The translations under genes and the position numbers were made by a program. A DNA stretch of 64,000 nt from an uncultured Chloroflexia bacterium. Lineage in GTDB: Bacteria; Chloroflexota; Anaerolineae; Anaerolineales; UBA4823. The stretch is taken from contig CAVWDI010000036.1 of the NCBI GenBank assembly GCA_963753725.1, forward strand, positions 67,565-131,564, read 5' to 3'. The notes beneath the pieces are model-generated. The model saw only the letters and a list, made by a program, of their open reading frames with translations. It was not told the origin of the DNA and ran no database searches. Below are positions 62,716 through 64,000 of the stretch, piece after piece; position 1 is the first letter of the stretch, and every line of letters starts with the position of its first letter.

Positions 62716-62965
62716 TAACCTGCCCCCAAAATATGTGCAAATTATAATGTTAGACTAACTTACTGAATTTGAGAAGGTTAAATCACGACAGTGGCAGGAA
62801 CTGGCAGTTTGTAACCTGGTGAACTAAGGTCCCTGACCACATTGTGTTGATTTCTCCACATTTCTATTAGAATTTGTAACTCCTTTCGCGAATAGAATAT
62901 TTCTATGTCTAGTAGTTCATCTCTCATCTTTCCAATAAAGGAATCGATGTATCCTTTGCTTCCAC
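62716..62965 (-). mobile_element. 3' fragment of a diverged copy of the IS3-family element (OrfB C-terminus plus right end)
   Basis: taacctgcccccaaaatatgtg... plus the OrfB tail GYIDSFIGKMRDELLDIEIFYSRKELQILIEMWRNQHNVVR. Confidence 0.6.
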
Positions 62966-63299
62966 TCCTGCTTCGTAACTGATCTATACTTACTAACATG
63001 AGCACAAAGGGGTATAAAAAGTCTACCCACCCCCATAAGGTGCCTGAGTGCACCCTGACCTTCTCTTTTTATCCGATCTTGCTCTTCAGTTTAACCCACC
63101 GTATATCGAGCCGTAAAATCCTAGAGCTAAAACCTGCATCAAATTATTTAACTGATCGCAAAAAAAGAAGTTGCGGCTTGGCACAGCCCCCCGATTTTGT
63201 CCTATTCTAATTTCAGGCGATTCCTAAAATCGCGGAAATAAATAACCGCTGCCCACCAGATGAGAATAGCGAGTAGCGGAATTTGAAAACATAAAAAGC

Positions 63300-64000
63300 T
63301 TATCTAAATAACACCGGCTCAAAAATATCGTACGGGTAGGTCTCATATGCACCCATGTCGACTGTAGCTGTGCCATCCATATTCCCGTCAACCTTACGCA
63401 CTTTATTATCCAGGTCAAACGTTATGGTGATATATTGGTTATCGCCCGCGTCGATGGCCGGCAAATCTTTGGTTAGTCGTAAATTTCCGTCATTTGTTGG
63501 AGCGGTGGTAGGGTCGACAGGTGTGACGAACATGGGGTCTTCGTCGATATTGTCACCGCCGTTCACATAGCCAGGGTCTAACGCCCATACCCCACTGCCT
63601 CCAGAACCCTCTACCAGGCTGTGAGTAAGAGTAATCTTGGCGCTATCGGTTAAGTAAATGGTGGAGTTGATAGTATCGGCACCGCTGCTATCCTGGTTAT
63701 TCCAGTAAATGCTGTTGTACACTTCGGAACTTCCACCTTCTACCATCATCCCGCCACCATAATCCAATGCCGAATTCCCAGAAAAGGTTGCGTTGATAAA
63801 GGTTGATTCACTTTCATAGTCGTATACTCCAGCACCATATTCGGCCTTATTACCAGAGATTAATGTATTCGTCATCATTGAGTTACTATATACATTACAT
63901 AAACCACCTCCTAAACTCGTGGCGGTATTTTTGGTAAATGTTAAGTTGGTCATTAAACATGGACTTTGATCGTTGTTAGACCCACCACAATATTCAGCCA
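63300..64000 (-). CDS. Parallel-beta-helix repeat / choice-of-anchor-Q-like secreted protein, C-terminal part (5' end beyond the window)
   Basis: Repetitive N/G/S/T-rich beta-helix-like repeats (FTKNTATSLGGGL, ISGNKAEYGAGVY, FSGNSALDYGGGM) and the terminal block LRLTKDLPAIDAGDN...DLDNKVRKVDGNMDGTATVDMGAYE. The frame is probably open upstream of the listed Met. Confidence 0.6.
   Translation of the reverse strand, partial: AEYCGGSNNDQSPCLMTNLTFTKNTATSLGGGLCNVYSNSMMTNTLISGNKAEYGAGVYDYESESTFINATFSGNSALDYGGGMMVEGGSSEVYNSIYWNNQDSSGADTINSTIYLTDSAKITLTHSLVEGSGGSGVWALDPGYVNGGDNIDEDPMFVTPVDPTTAPTNDGNLRLTKDLPAIDAGDNQYITITFDLDNKVRKVDGNMDGTATVDMGAYETYPYDIFEPVLFR

Overview
This is a 64-kb bacterial chromosomal window of roughly mid-40s % G+C by eye. 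The taxon cannot be determined from sequence alone; a Chloroflexota/Anaerolineae-like organism is only a guess. Positions 1-19.2 kb look like ordinary core genome: a DUF389/HAD gene pair, a BMP-family ABC importer, a P1B heavy-metal ATPase, an S8 protease, murJ, two tandem tRNA-Ser genes, a secreted DUF2233-like protein, a histidine-ammonia-lyase-family gene, an EamA transporter and a CbpA-type J-protein. Positions 19.6-28.3 kb are a single giant gene (about 2,900 codons) resembling cyclic beta-1,2-glucan synthase. Positions 28.9-53 kb and 59.7-63 kb are an accessory junkyard. They hold tRNA-3'-end-like scars, a serine-recombinase remnant, two intact IS3-family elements, IS3-derived MITEs and solo ends, an IS256 element plus a fragment, and two inverted IS5/IS1182 copies. 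They also hold many truncated genes and an abrupt 1.8-kb GC-rich block carrying a 5'-truncated family-B DNA polymerase gene fused to a truncated DUF2075 ATPase gene. The only intact multigene accessory module lies at 53.3-59.5 kb and is my best candidate for an undescribed system. It encodes two paralogous small STAS-like proteins, a soluble histidine kinase, a stand-alone receiver, a receiver-class III cyclase, and a geranylgeranyl-reductase-like flavoprotein fused to a cNMP-binding domain. The inverted IS5/IS1182 copies bracket it. One caveat applies throughout: about 15 conserved genes are interrupted by single-base frame shifts that look like consensus indels, so every pseudogene call is provisional. 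No rRNA genes or CRISPR arrays were seen.
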